Shown piece after piece: positions 50,027 to 63,689 of a stretch of DNA of 64,000 nucleotides. The notes beneath the pieces were generated by a model that saw nothing but the letters and a program-made list of their open reading frames with translations, did not search any database and was not told where the DNA came from. Source of the DNA: Takakia lepidozioides (Eukaryota > Plantae > Bryophyta). The position numbers and the translations under genes were made by a program. Each line of letters begins with the position of its first letter. Positions within the stretch are counted from its first letter, which is position 1. The stretch is from assembly GCA_030704615.1 (NCBI GenBank), contig CM060732.1, forward strand, positions 83,080,001 through 83,144,000, read 5' to 3'.

Positions 50027-53000
50027 ATGGCTGAAGTGGTTCAAGTTGGCAACATTTTGCCCCACCTGCTTTGTAAACTGCAAAGTCTGCTACAGACACC
50101 AAAGACAGGTACTTTCACACACCATGACGTGCAATGGAGGTCCAAATGGCATGGACAGATACCTGATGAGAACACAGCTGAAATTGCATATATCCCTTGG
50201 AATCGTGTGCATGACTTTATTGCTGGTGAGTCCTCCCTGAATGAGGCCCCATGCACCTTCATCAGTCATCGACAGAAAGGCACCCCTGCTGGTAGTCTTC
50301 AGGCACCACGCATCAACAGTGTCATCAACATTACAAGGTATGAATTCCTGATGAGCATGCCACGATTCAGGAAAACGAAATGAATGCTTTAGACTATACA
50401 GATTGTGTCCAATCCCAATAGCCGTGCACTTACGGATTTCATAAGAGCTGTTCTAAATGGCCAGTCATGTTCTTGGCGTAGGTATCACTGCGCCTATGGC
50501 CCAGAAGACAATACCCAAAACACTGTGGAGGTAACAGAGGCTATGCGTGCGAAGAAATGGCGTGCAGGTCCACCCAAGAAAAGGGAGAGAAAGAGAATGG
50601 GGCCAGCATCCACAGGAGAAAAACCGAAACAAATAAGGACAACAAACAACAAAACAGGAGAAGGTATCAAAAGAGGATGCATGTGCCGATTTGTTGTCAA
50701 ACAATGCTACCTGGACCCTGCTATGGCGGAGATAGTTTATTATGAGAAACGGGCAGTTGCAGGATTGGGTGGATCAAAAGCGGCACATGTTGAGTCCATT
50801 GGAGGTCCATGGAATTTTCTTTTTTTGAGTCTATTGCTTTCAATTTACTCTTAAAAAAATAGGTAGTAGTAGACATAACATTTTTAGTAAAGAGTCCCTC
50901 CTCAAATATTGATAATATTTTTTACTAGATATTTTAATCGTTAATGTGAAAAAATATTTAGACGTCAAAATCTAGAGTTTACAACCACTTGTCCATATAC
51001 CAACTGGCACCTCTAGATTATAGGTTTGTATGTCTTTTTAGTAAAAGACGACACCTCAAAAACCCAAATCATAAGATGTTATGGACTAGAGCAAATCAAC
51101 CTGTTTTTAGGTGCAAAATAGTCCATAGCTCTCAATCCCTAAGATAACTAGTCCATATAAAAATGGATTTGGGTTGGATTTAAAAATGGCACCACTAGTG
51201 TGTTTTTCTTTGTGCCATTGTATGAGTGTACATGATGTTTTTTCAGTCTATAAGATTTTATGTGTAATGTCATCTGCACTCCACAGTAATCAACTTTAAA
51301 AGTCCATGGCTCCCTGATACATGATTGTTTTTGCAATCTAACAATTGGTACACATACCTATTGTAGTTAGAAATCCCACACCACATAAATTTAGATGAAA
51401 TATTGATTTGTTGGACAAATATGGGTAAAATCACGGAGGGAGGTCATTGCAGAAACTACCATGTTACGTAAAAATTGAGACACCCAATCTTGCAAATACT
51501 CAAACAACATGTAAATGGAAGAGGTGTTATATGCCACGGACCTTCATGTAAGTTGAACCGAAGTGCAATGGTTCCCCATCTCAGTGATGACATGAAGTCA
51601 TGGATTTTGCACAATTTGCGTCTTGGGCTGAGCATAAACAAGATAATGGCCAAGCACACCATGCGAGTGAAGGAGTTGATGGACCAAGGGCTGGACGTCA
51701 CCCGCGACACTTTTCTTCTCTCCCATGACATACGGAATATTGCGAAGCTATGTGATGAAGAGACATTCAAAAAACACCCAAATGATACACAGAGTGTCCG
51801 CATGTGGGTGCATGAAAATCTGGCCAGTGTTTTCTACTACCAAGAAGAAAAGAACAATAAGGCTTGGAAATCTTGTGACAACAAACTTGATCTTCCATTT
51901 GTTCTTGGCATACAGACAGCGTGGCAGCGAGAACAAATGTCAAAATTTGGCCATCATCGTATTGTCGCTTGTGACGCCACCTTCAGAACCAATGAGAAGA
52001 AGGTGGGATCTGTGGTTTAAATTCATTGACTTCATTGAAGCCAGCTGCAATGTATACTTGCCAGAGTGCATCCCCGTGCATCGTACAATGAACCTCGTCA
52101 AAGCTGCCTCCGTTGGTCCTTGCTAAATTGTTGTTCATTGGTTGTTGTTTATGTAGTACCCGTTATACACCATGATGGTATTCGACGACTGGTTGAACGA
52201 CATCCCAGTTGCATGGATCATCACAGCAAGATTCAAAAGCAACCGATTTGGAGCCATGGATGTCCGCTCTCAACGGGAAGATTCAGGTTCATCAAGCAGG
52301 ATGGTACCCCCATGCTTTCATTGTTGATGATGCAGATGCTGAAATAAAAGCTATCAGGTGATTTTTGATTCACAAGTCCAAGAAATTCCTTGCTTTTTTG
52401 CACATGCCCAAATTATAATGTTCTCATGGCTTCTTGTATGTCAGCGCCGTGTGGGGGGATTCTACAGTGTTTCTATGCCTTTGGCATGTCAGGAGAGCAC
52501 GACAAAAGAATGTCGTGGCTAAGATCAAAGATGTCGATTTGCGTGCATGTGTCATGCAAGACATGTCAAAAATCATGTATAGTGCTTCAAAAAGCGAAGG
52601 TGACGCAGGCGAAGCATGGGCGGTGTGTGAACTCGTGAATTTGCGTTTCAAGTATCCATCTCTAAGTGAATTTTGCAACTACTTGGAGCAGGAGTGGGTT
52701 CCTAAAGCTAAGATGTGGACGATGGGTGCTCGCAACATTCCTCATGCAGGACAAGACACAAACACCGCTATTGAAGCTTATTATGGCAACATGAAGACCC
52801 AACTGAAATGCACAAAGAGCACACTGGTCAGCAGACAAGTCGATTGGTTCATTCATGAATTGACAGGTGATTTGCTCACCCATTACTGGTATATGTTGTA
52901 TGCCAAAACATATGGCTTCATCCGTAACAACTGTCTTGAGGGCTTTGTGTGTAACTCAATTCTGCTGGCCAAACAGATTCCATATTGCAATGTCCACCTT

Positions 53001-53700
53001 CTTCACACAAAATGGGGCATCGCCACTGTGAAATGTATTTGGGATGAGGGGACTACCTATATGGTGCACAACCCACAGTCGAACTGGGGGTGTTGTGATT
53101 GTCGTCATGCCCGCAAAGGGAATATGTGTGTGCATCACGTGAAGGTCTTGCAAATGATGCACCCCAACTTGGAAGATGGCACCATAGCAAAATACTGTGG
53201 AAGCCTTATTGGCAGCAGCAGAGGTGGTCTTCATAGCCTGTTTGCACCACCTGAATCACCCATGTCAATGCGGTCCAAAGCTGCTTCCCTTCCTACCCAG
53301 AACTCATCACCATATTCGTCTCAGAAAAGTCCAGGACTGCCATTGCTAGAATTGATATCCAATGAGTTTGAACGGGTTTTCGACATGACAAGACAGAGCA
53401 CAGTTTTGCAGCAACACCTTCTTGCTATGGCTAGAGCAGCGAAAGGGAAAATTTGTGACTTGACGTCCACATTCGAGGAGGGTATTCATCATCCCTATGA
53501 AGACCCCCATTGAGGTTGACGATGGAACAACCAACTCCCTTGTGAGATGAAAGGATTTTCTGGAGGCGCGTGGTAGAAAGCGTCATCTGCCACCCATGCC
53601 TGAACGAACGAATGCAAAGAGGCAATCGTACGCATCCTGATTCGCAGGGTGCAGGGGGAAGTTCAGATGTGTTTGTCTGTACATAGACATATTTCAATGA
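50027..53700 (+). pseudogene. MULE-type transposase with SWIM zinc finger, related to plant SWIM proteins of the At1g60560/At4g13970 type
   Basis: Exons ~50027-50337, 50482-52002 (interrupted by a MITE), 52157-52357 (frameshift) and 52445 onward. Motifs IPWNRVHDFIAGE, YHCAYGPED, RGCMCRFVVK, ACDATF (D), FIVDDA (D), CLWHVRRA, AIEAY (E) and CDC..GNMCVH (SWIM). Confidence 0.88.
50751..51501. mobile_element. 751-bp MITE with ~21-bp TIRs and 4-bp TSD AAAC (Sola-like)
   Basis: GGGCAGTTGCAGGATTGGGTG ... CACCCAATCTTGCAAATACTC. Removing it restores YEKQHVNGRGVICHGP in the host transposase. Confidence 0.88.
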
Positions 53701-56439
53701 CGTCATTGTTGTTCAAGGAAATTGTGAAGGAGAAGATTTCCCCTTATGCACATTGAATTCAATGGGTGTTTTCATGACGTATTTGGGTTCATTTCTGTGG
53801 TTTGTTCAGAAAACTTTGGATATTTTATGAATGCATAAAGTGAATATCCATATTCCCCTAGAAGTGGGTATCTAGCTTCCTTCTCAACCCTTACATGCAT
53901 GCACTCCTCCCTTGTAGGATGGAAATGACATTACACTGTTATGGTTTCGTGATAGCTCAGATGAGTAACGGATTCATACATGATACCGTGCCCAACCTAC
54001 GAACCATGCATGCATTTAACTTTGCATTTTGCTTTGCTCTCTTACATTCTTGGAGCCCTATTTCATTCTTGCTTTCATTCATTGTGTTTGCTGGGTTTTA
54101 GCACTCTTTCTTTGTTGTCTTCATTTCTGCGAGCCTTCTTGTTTTGAGCCAGCTTTCAGTCCTTCATGTTAGCCGCACACTTGCGTTCATTGTAAAGCAA
54201 TCTTCAACCAAGACCATGCCCTCAAGCGCAAGCTCATCCAATGGCCGTGGGCCCTGTCCCAATCAGCAGCCTGATACAGGAATTCTTGGAAACCTCACTC
54301 CCATCGTCGCACGACGCATTTGCCTGATGGACCACTGCATCAACAATTCCAAACAATGCAGGTCCATGATGTCGAACACTCTTGTTTTGCGTTGTAGGTT
54401 CCTTGAGGCCCCAAATGAGGAGTGGGGTCCTTGAACTTTAGGCATGGACCCAGACAAAGAGCATGAAAGTTTCCATCTTTTGATTGTTTTCCAATGGGTG
54501 GAGGGTTCATAGGATGTCAAGAAATTGATAGACCCCGTCCCCAACCCTATTTATCGGTTGCTGCAAAAGAATATCTCGCATACCTGCCCTGTCACTACTC
54601 CAGATGACATTTGTATCACGGTGAATGGGGACACCATGTCCGTTCACTCTGCATCTGGGGGAACTGAATAGCTCCAGCATACTCTTGCGGGTGTTCTTGG
54701 AGAACTGGGAGACGGATCACTTCCACCATGTCGTCCATACATTCAATTGGAATGTGCAAATTTCATCTTGGAAAATGAAATCCAATGTACATGAAGTTGA
54801 TGTGTCAGAATATGACTGGGACTTCAAATCTATTGACTCGTTTGAGGAGTAATGTGTTCATCAATTGCAAGTGATATTTTGGGAAGAAAACAGTGACGTT
54901 GTCTCTACATTTTTCCTTGTATGCAGGATAGACATAGCATACATGTATGAAGGCATTTAGCTCCTTCTTGTGAGGGCGGGTTGAATTGAAATTTATTGAA
55001 GCCATGACTGTGGGTTGTTACTATTGGATGTCATGACATCTTCAATGTCTTCTTTGAAGAGGCTATTGCATTGGCATGAAAATATTCTGATACTTTTTGT
55101 GACATGGAATGTACCATGTTCTATCCCATGGCCCATCCCATCACGTCCTCACTCTCTCAATCTAATTGCACGATTACTGAAAATACTAGTGCCAAATATT
55201 TGTGCTTCATTTGTCGCCAACATTCATATCCATATGCACGGAAATGTGGTATGTATGCATGTCAGGTGCACCCATAGGGAAGTTTTAAACATTTCCTGTC
55301 CAGGAGTCCTCGCCATTATCTTCGAACACAACATGAGGTAGACATAACTTGGTTGAATGCCTCATCCATTGTGTTTAGGGGTTCTTCTTACTAGCCTGAC
55401 ACAAAACAGTTGAACAACACACATGTTTGTGGGTTCCGAGTCCGCTGATGCTAGCATGGTAGTAGAAGTGGTGTGCATGCACAGAAAAATGGAGTTCATG
55501 CGGACACTGGTAAGAAATCGATTATGCCGAATCACAATTTCATAATGTCTCATGCGGCTCACCAATGGATATTGCGTTGCAGACTTTGCCACCACCAACA
55601 CAGTGACATGCACACACAGCAACGTGCATGAGAGCACGGATTGTTGATTACCTTGTAGATGCTAATGCTGCTGGAACTGCATGATGGTGGCGGAATTGCA
55701 CAATTGATTTGTGAGGGAGGTGAGTGTCACATTTGAAATCCTTCTGGAATAAGATGAAGTTGTTCCCCCAGACTGGTTTTTTGTCGTGATGAATGGACGT
55801 CAGTGATTATGTGGTGGGATAAGAGGGCCCCCATAGAAAAGCATGAATTTAGCACTTCATCATTAGAGTCCCAAAGTGCCAACAATTTTACTGTACATGC
55901 AAGCAACCCGCATGAAAGCCTCGGCACCCTGGAGACTTACTACATCGCTCTCATGGCAATGTGTGCCCTGTGGTTTTCGTTATGGTAATATTCACCAGGT
56001 TCCAGATTGCATTGTGAGCCACTCATCATCATTGCCCTTAATCATCACTGGAGCATGCATATTCTGCATATGAGGAATACGTCAATGCTGAAATCATGGC
56101 TAGGTCATATCTGCTTTTCTCCCTCACAATGAAAGATGGGAATGACACCCTTCCATTCCATAAAGAGGGCTGACCATGGACATTTGCTACCTCGATATGG
56201 CATCCACAAATGTATTAGACATGACACAGGGCCATGCTATGAAAGCCATTCCACCAGGACTACATTTCCCATGGGTTCTTCACAGTGAAGTGACTGTAGA
56301 GGGAAAAATAAAATTGTAGAGTAAAGACTGTCATCATACATCAAACAATTGCAGATTGTATTAAAATGTCATAGAGGGAGCGAAGCGCGGAGCGGAGACA
56401 AAATCTCCAGCTTGTGTTTCGATCACAGGTGATGCAGTC

Positions 56440-56896
56440 AAAAGTTCCTAAAGGGGCTGTCCAATATTCATCGGTGCATGAATGAGCATGCCGGTCTTGT
56501 GGCGTAGCCATGGACCACATTGGGGACAGGCTCATCTTCCCCAATAGAGTATGGTTGGCCATGGCTTGTGCTCTGCAATTCCAACAATACAACATCCCTA
56601 ATTTGCTTCTTCTTCTTGGCAACTTCATGCAATGGAAACCAATGCTTGTTGAACTGCAGAAACAAACCGCACGATGAGGATCAGAGAAGGGAGAAAAAAA
56701 CACCGTGTGAATAAATGAAAGACATACTATGAATGGCACCAATATGGACATGAACAATCATAAACGTACCGGGCCTGCACCTCCAGCCCGTGCATGTAAA
56801 AAAGTTTGATTCAAGTAAACATCTATGTAATGTGCCGTGAAACAACCACACTCCCAAGTTGTAGCCTGTTGGGGGACACGGGGATACAACCAAAGG

Positions 56897-56928
<32 letters not shown>

Positions 56929-59900
56929 GGTAGTTGCATTTTGCCATTGCAGGCTAGGTGGTTGTAATCCTCTGCAAAGTGCCCCAAACGTGCAAACAAC
57001 GGCTTCAGCATCATGTGAGTATGTGACCTTCTCACACTGTTTAAATGAAGGTACCGATTGGATTCCAGAATGACGACACTCCAATGTTGACTGCACATGA
57101 CAAGTGCAAACAACAGCGTTAGAACATGCATGCAGTTGTGATAATAGCATGACATTAGAACAACAAATGTAATATAGGGTAGCATGCAGCAGAGTACGTA
57201 CGCATATATAACAGGAATAATCATTGCCTCCACCCCATCACAGTGAAGGTAGGGGAAACATGCTTGCATCCACTGCAGAATAGAAGGAGCGCCCCCACCA
57301 TATTTGTTGTAGTGCTCACGAAGGCATATCCATGTGAAACTGTCAAGAATCTGTATCTTATTTCTGACATGGAGCGGAAGGTGCAATATTTTCCACCGCA
57401 AATAGAAATCCATGAGTCTGTCACTTATCCACCCCCTGGGCTTAACCAAGAGATCTGCGTCATCTAGTCTAAGATTGACGTGGGGGCCTACAGATGTTTG
57501 GAAAAACCACACATTTGATGAGTTTTTGACTTGGACACCACATGCTATCCTGAAGACACCCAACATAACGAAACATGTCAAAGAAGGGAGATTTGTATAA
57601 TGAGGGCCAATGAGGTAATGATAGAAGAAATTCAAAACAGTACCATTGCAAAGAAGAGAAAAGAGCACGATTTGTTGACTCACAAAGCTTCCTTGAGCTT
57701 TTCATGGATCATGCAATCACATACCACACGTTCATGTCAGCAAGAGGATGCCAAAGAATCTGGTGCATTGGGACAGGAAATTCAAAACTGATGTAGAAAG
57801 AGGGCATTCAGTACTGACGGGGAGGAGCGACGAAGGCTCGGCATAGACGCATTGTTGTCTTGTGTTGTGACCGATTTCCCATCTTTGCCCTGCAAGGCGT
57901 TTGTATCTTCGATTGCATGAGGTGGAGACGGAAGCAACAAGTCGCCAACGTGCATGTCATCGACAACACTGCTTGATGCTCCCTTAGTGCCCACTTCATT
58001 TCAACGGGCACTACTCAATTTTGGCCAAAGGAGAGCTCTGGGTGACGGACCAAGGAGGGCGTTCCTTGCACCAAAAGCAAATGAATGGTTCACATAATGC
58101 ACATGGGGTTTTGAGGACCTCATTCCTGTTGCTGCAGGCATAGCAGACCGTGTGTCAGAAGGGAGTAAGGTCATCAAGGGGGCGAGGCTGATAATACATG
58201 TCTGGCTTGAATGCAATTCCATTTCCAGTTGCATAAGTGCACCTGGTTCAGTGGCATGCATGCCCAGTAGAGTAAGGTCTGTTGTGCAGGACTCATGAAT
58301 CTTAAGCGCACCATCCTCTCCATGGTGGGGCTCCTCCCCATGGCAATGAATGTCTTGCACAACAACCTTCCCTTCCACTCCATGTGTAGGCTCGGCGTCT
58401 TGCAAGAGCTCTGTGGGTGATCCAAAAGTAGGTATAGTAGGCGTGACTGGAAGGGGCTAGTTGTGAGCTCGCTGCAGGATAGCACAAAGTGCTTGATCAG
58501 AAGGCAAAGCATAAGGGGGTGTTGTCACTTCACCTTCGTGAATATCATCACCTGTCAGTTGGTGATTATCCAGGTTGCGTTTGCTATCCCCCAGGCGTTG
58601 CACCAACACAAATGCTTCCTAGTAGGCTATGTGCAATGATGCATGGTCGATATCACCTACAAAACGGGAAAACGGTTGCATGAGTATAAGGATACAAAAA
58701 ACAATGCAGACATATGGAAGGCAAGTGCATTCAGGGAAAATCATGGAAACATTATCACCTTCCGTGCTAGAAATCCAGCCCATGTCAATATCCTAACGAT
58801 GTTTGAGGAAATCTTGGAAGGTTTGAATTGCTTCCCGTCTCTCAGAATGGCTACTTGCATCAGTACACCACAATGTGTCAAAAAACTTTGGCTTGCACAT
58901 GGCCAAATCCCCCAAAGCACGAAAACGAGCCATTTCAGGGTAAGTGCAGACTACACAGGCTCAAAAGCGGCAGATGTGCCCTCCACTGAAAGTCCATGAA
59001 AAAAAATTAATGCACCTTTTAATTAAGGATATTTGTTCAAATATATTTTTATCTTCATAGGTAATGTTATACTAATCATATTTAGTAAATGGTCTCATCC
59101 CAAATATTTGAGATATTTTTTATTATATATATAAATATTTTTCCCTTACTTAGAAATAATAGTTATTTATTATTATCTTGTAGTTTATGAAATTTGTCCA
59201 TATAACAATAAGCTCCTAGAGACAATAACAATATATATATTCTTAGCAAAGATCTCCACCCAAATATGAAATTTTCAAAATGCTATGGACAAATTGTCAT
59301 TTTGGGGGTTTTTTTGGTATAAAAAAGTCCATAGTGTCTTGATGGATGGATGGAATTGTTTACAAATTTATATTTGTGTCTATTCAAACATTGTGTATCT
59401 AGTGTAAAGTCCATATATGAATTGGTTTTGCACAAATAGGTTTTTCAGATGGCATTTGGGACATTCAATGGACTGTGACAGTCCATTGGAATTCCCTACA
59501 AAAGTCCATAGCTTCATGAGATTTCATCCAAATTCCAAAATAATTGTACCCACATGTACATATGGTAAGTGGCTAACCCATTCTAAGTCCATTTGCTATG
59601 AATATATACTTATGTGTATAGGGTGAAGAATAATATGACAAGCAGTCAGTCGAAAACTGCAAATTGCAGTCCAAACTGAGCCACTCTAGTCTGCATCTAC
59701 CCTTCGATGAAGTCAGTCATCTCCTTCTTCACAACATCTCTGAAACTCGCATCGCCATGTAATAAATCCTCCACGCTTTTGTTGGTCTCATGCATGAGAT
59801 TGTCTGGCAGATCTGCAAAGAGAATGCGGCCAACAGTGCGGAAATTGGCCGCCGCATGTCTCAGCATGACCCTCTTCGGTTCCAACAAGTTGAACCAGCA

Positions 59901-60050
59901 CGTCGTGTAACAATGGGTTTGCAGGGGATGAAATCGCCTCAATACTACTGGGATATGACATCCAGATGGTCCGCAACACCTGCAAAATTACCGGGAATTT
60001 CACACACCCCGTAGGAGAGTGGATTCCTCATGCGAATACGTCATGAAAGT
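56440..60050 (-). pseudogene. Multi-exon Ulp1/SENP (C48) protease-domain gene, convergent with the MULE transposase
   Basis: RGWISDRLMDFYL, ILDSF, IIPV, HWSVVIL and VPQQATTWECG. Disrupted by a 30-nt G run (56898-56927), stops and a MITE. Confidence 0.8.
58938..59702. mobile_element. 765-bp MITE with 16-bp TIRs and 4-bp TSD TTCA/TTCG, related to 50751-51501
   Basis: GGGTAAGTGCAGACTA ... TAGTCTGCATCTACCC. It shares TCAAAAGCGGCA at position 24 and GTCCAT motifs with the other MITE. Removing it restores TDFIEMARFRALG on the minus strand. Confidence 0.85.
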
Positions 60051-61582
60051 GGAAAGGGAAGCAGGCACAGCACCGGCATGAACAATCGTGTAAACAAGGG
60101 ACTAACCCCAAAAACATCATATCTAGCTTAGCACTGGCAAACTAGATAGAGTCATCTCTCTCGAGTGATAGAAAAGCTAAGTACACACTGTTGACACAAA
60201 ACATGACAACCAAAACCATCACTCTTTAAAACAGAAGTCGAGCCAGGGGCACCCCAAGCTATGGGGACTCCACCCCACAACAACCTACACTCCCATCATA
60301 AGCACACTCAGTCCTAAACGATGCAGGAGCTCGGTCACGCAGGCTCAACTCGAGAGAGATGAGCCGCGCGACTGCCGCTCTCGTGAAGATAAGACGGGTC
60401 AGGTGTCAAACTAAACTTGACACCTGATTTAACACTTGACCTAAATCCAAGTGTTAAATACAAATAACTAGCTTTATTCTAGCTAGTTTCACACTGTGCT
60501 TATTTAACTTGACAAAGAAAGGAACTCAGAAACCCCTGTCCCCTATCATGCAATGAAATCACGGTGATATGAGAGCCTTGAAGAATGTTTGTTATCAGAC
60601 AAGGTCTATCTTCTGATCCATCAAAGCCAAGGCCATGATGTTTCATTTCAGAGCCTAGTTTCCATGCAGCCAGAGTTATAGCTGCAGCCCTATACCTTTG
60701 TTGAAAACAGTCAGAGCCTTCAGTAGAGATTTTGTTTTCTATGAAGTCCCTTGTGTGTCTTAACTCCAAAACATGTAGAAGTGGTCATCAAGAACCAAAA
60801 ACAAGGGTAAGGAGTAAGAAGGCGATCCTCATTAGAGCAGACTTGAAGCCGTTTTGAGGCAGCAAGGTGGCAGATTTGAAACAGCAACTGGCATCGGCAG
60901 CTTCAGGCGGTAGCAACAATCCCTTATGCAAGAATCGGACTCTGCAAGCTTCAAGAATTCAAGACAAGTGAAGACCCTCACCTGTGCCCGTCCCAAAAAC
61001 CACCACATAAAGATGTGTGTTAGCGAGGATGCATCAGGTGAGTGGCAGGTCTTCACAGTTGCTATCCATGTCAGTGCTGAATTCTAAAGCATGTACAGAT
61101 CACAATTCAAGCAAGGGTAACCTCAAAAGACCTTGAGTGTTTGCGGTATGCCCTGCGCCATGGCGTCCAACAGATCGTCTCCAACAGAACACAATCACAG
61201 TAGAAGGGTTCACAGATAGAGAAGAGCTCATACAAAGTGAAAGAGCCATATGTAATATGTAGATAAATAGGGGTAGAGTACTTCCCAACGAGGAGTAAAA
61301 GCGCCGCTGCAATTAAAAAGAACCATGAGGGTCTGAGCAAAGCAATCATCGTTTTGTCACCTGCCAGAGAAGAATCTGCATGACCGCCAATGCGCATCCC
61401 AAGAGCCAGCCATCACGGGTACCATGCAGCAGTTGGGGAGCAGATTTACACGGCGCATCATCAAGGATCCCTGAAGCACGAGCTCTGTGCTGTGAAAGGT
61501 GTCGACCTGCTTAGGGCACAGATCCCGATTTCTCATCCAGGGGGGATGAAAAGTCGCATTCTAGCAGGAGATGCACTGGTCA

Positions 61583-61960
61583 ATGGATGACATCCATTAA
61601 AAAGATAACTTTTAGGGTTAGGGTATAGGCTCAAGTTTAATAACTGCCATCATTTCTAATAAATGATGGTAAAATTACTCTCTCCTGGATTAAAATAGGT
61701 CACCATCGTTCATGGAATTCATCCCGTTTGGATGAAAAAGGAGAAAACAAATGATAAACCAAGATTTATGCACAGCAAGGGTCATCATCCTAATAATTTC
61801 ATCCAGATTTGGATGAGAAAGGAGATTAGGATGAAAAACCAAAATCTGCAGAGTAAGCGTCATCATCCTTCAAAAAATTCATCCAGTTTTGGATGAAAAG
61901 GGAATTGGGATGAACAACCAAATAACTAGCATTAAAAAGGTTAAGGCCAGATGAAATCCA
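61583..61960. repeat. AT-rich tract of interspersed GGATGA/TCATCC motifs, probably transposon subterminal repeats
   Basis: About ten GGATGA or TCATCC copies in both orientations. Confidence 0.55.
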
Positions 61961-62099
61961 AAGAGTTATAGAGGGAGAGGGAGAGAGAGGGACCCACCAG
62001 CCAATCCCCTGGCATGGCAGAACCTTACGGAGTGAGTGTGGTATGCACTCACCCCGTAAGGGAGTGCATACCAAACCCCTTCTCATAAGGTTTCCCCTC

Positions 62100-63200
62100 T
62101 TCCATGTAGTTCTATCCTTAGATTATATTATCCAAGGGAGTAGAATCCTACATCCTCTCTTCCTCCGGTCATGAATGAAACGTTGGCATAAAGTGTATCA
62201 TAGCAAGACTGGTATAGTATCACGAGAAAAGAACAGAGAGTTCAGTGGTATACTTAGCTCTGGATAGGTACAAGTTTTTAGAAAATACCTTTCAGTTTCT
62301 CAATAAGCTCTCGCACAGGGAAGAACAGGCTAGGGAAGGAACCTCGTTCAAGGAACCTTGTCAAGATATAGCAGCAGCTCAGGTCTGTAGTACCATGCCT
62401 GTGATATAGACAAAACATCTTCTAGCAACAGATTAGAGTTGGGTATTTTTTTATGGTGCCACAAGGAGCGAAGCCATATCTAAGAGAAGTATAGAAGCAC
62501 TTGATCAAAGGACTTGGTAGTCACTCAATCATAAGGTATATGATTCTGATATAAGGCATCGGGTACAAGGGACTAGCTAACAAAAGTAGTGTGCATTGAC
62601 CGGATCAAGTATAAGGTGTACACATACTCCCGTAAGCTGTCTTACCAGGGCTTAGCTCATAATATCGGCATTCATAAGTCCTTTAGATGCTCAGGTATCA
62701 TCAAGGATGTCTTACTCTTCATACCCAATCAATCAACCATACTATTGCTGGAGAAGATCATACCTGGCCAAGGGGGATTCAATACCCCAAGGCTTTCAGT
62801 TCATCATTCCAGTTTGGAATGTGTTTGCTGCCTATCTGCCTGCAAGGCTCCTCAAAAAATATCGTCAGTACATCAGAATGAGAAGGTGAAACAGGAAAGG
62901 AGAAGGGTAGATGGTGTGTACAAAAACCACTAAGTACACTGATCAGATAAAGAGAGGGAAGATATACGTGTCATGCCAAGACATGGACAAGACCACTAAG
63001 GTCATTGTCATTGAAAGACAAAGCAGCCCTTTACAGGGCACCATCTAACAACCACTTCTATGTTTACCATCTCATTTGAATATCCCATTACATTTCAGGG
63101 TATCTGAAAAAACAGGGTGGGAGGGTGGGATTCTTGGTCAATCATATTATGAAAGCACCATAGTTTGACATACAACGATCACCACCATACTTGCCGATTG
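62100..63200 (-). mobile_element. Heavily decayed L1-like LINE remnant
   Basis: Fragmentary post-RT-like motifs (e.g. SLGVLNP) amid many stops. Weak evidence. Confidence 0.3.
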
Positions 63201-63689
63201 TAATATCATTTCAAAAACCAGATTGCAGGTCTGGAGATAAATCTCGAGAGCCAAGCACATAGTACTTTAAATTGCAATTGAAACAGCAAGCCATACACGT
63301 CTTAAGCATTTGCCTGTTGACATAATGATTCCTCATTTTTTGTTGACATGGGTCAACCCTTACATAATCCAGTTCTTGCCGCAAACTGCATGGTGCGCCA
63401 TGAAGACTATCAGAGAGGCAAACCCTTAGAAACAAAATTGACACTTAGCAAAGACATCCGAACACTGGCAATCCAACAAAACCCGAAAAACCCACAAGAC
63501 ATGAATGCGGCCACTTTCTGGTGAAACCGTAAGCCCCTCACATTTTCAATAAAAAACCCTAATGAGAAGCCTCTGCAATGAGAAGTCTGACAACTGTAAA
63601 CTAAAGCATTCCGGTCAGTCCACCACTCCGGTTGAGCACAAATGCTCTCCTGCGAGAGCGCGGCCACAACTTCTCTAGTCTTCCCCATG

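Noticed and set aside
60500-61590. Multi-exon gene on the minus strand
   Set aside because: Exon-like segments exist but no consistent frame or recognisable domain.
61611-61624. Telomeric repeat TTTAGGGTTAGGG
   Set aside because: Only two units, which is common in plant promoters and repeats and is not an array.
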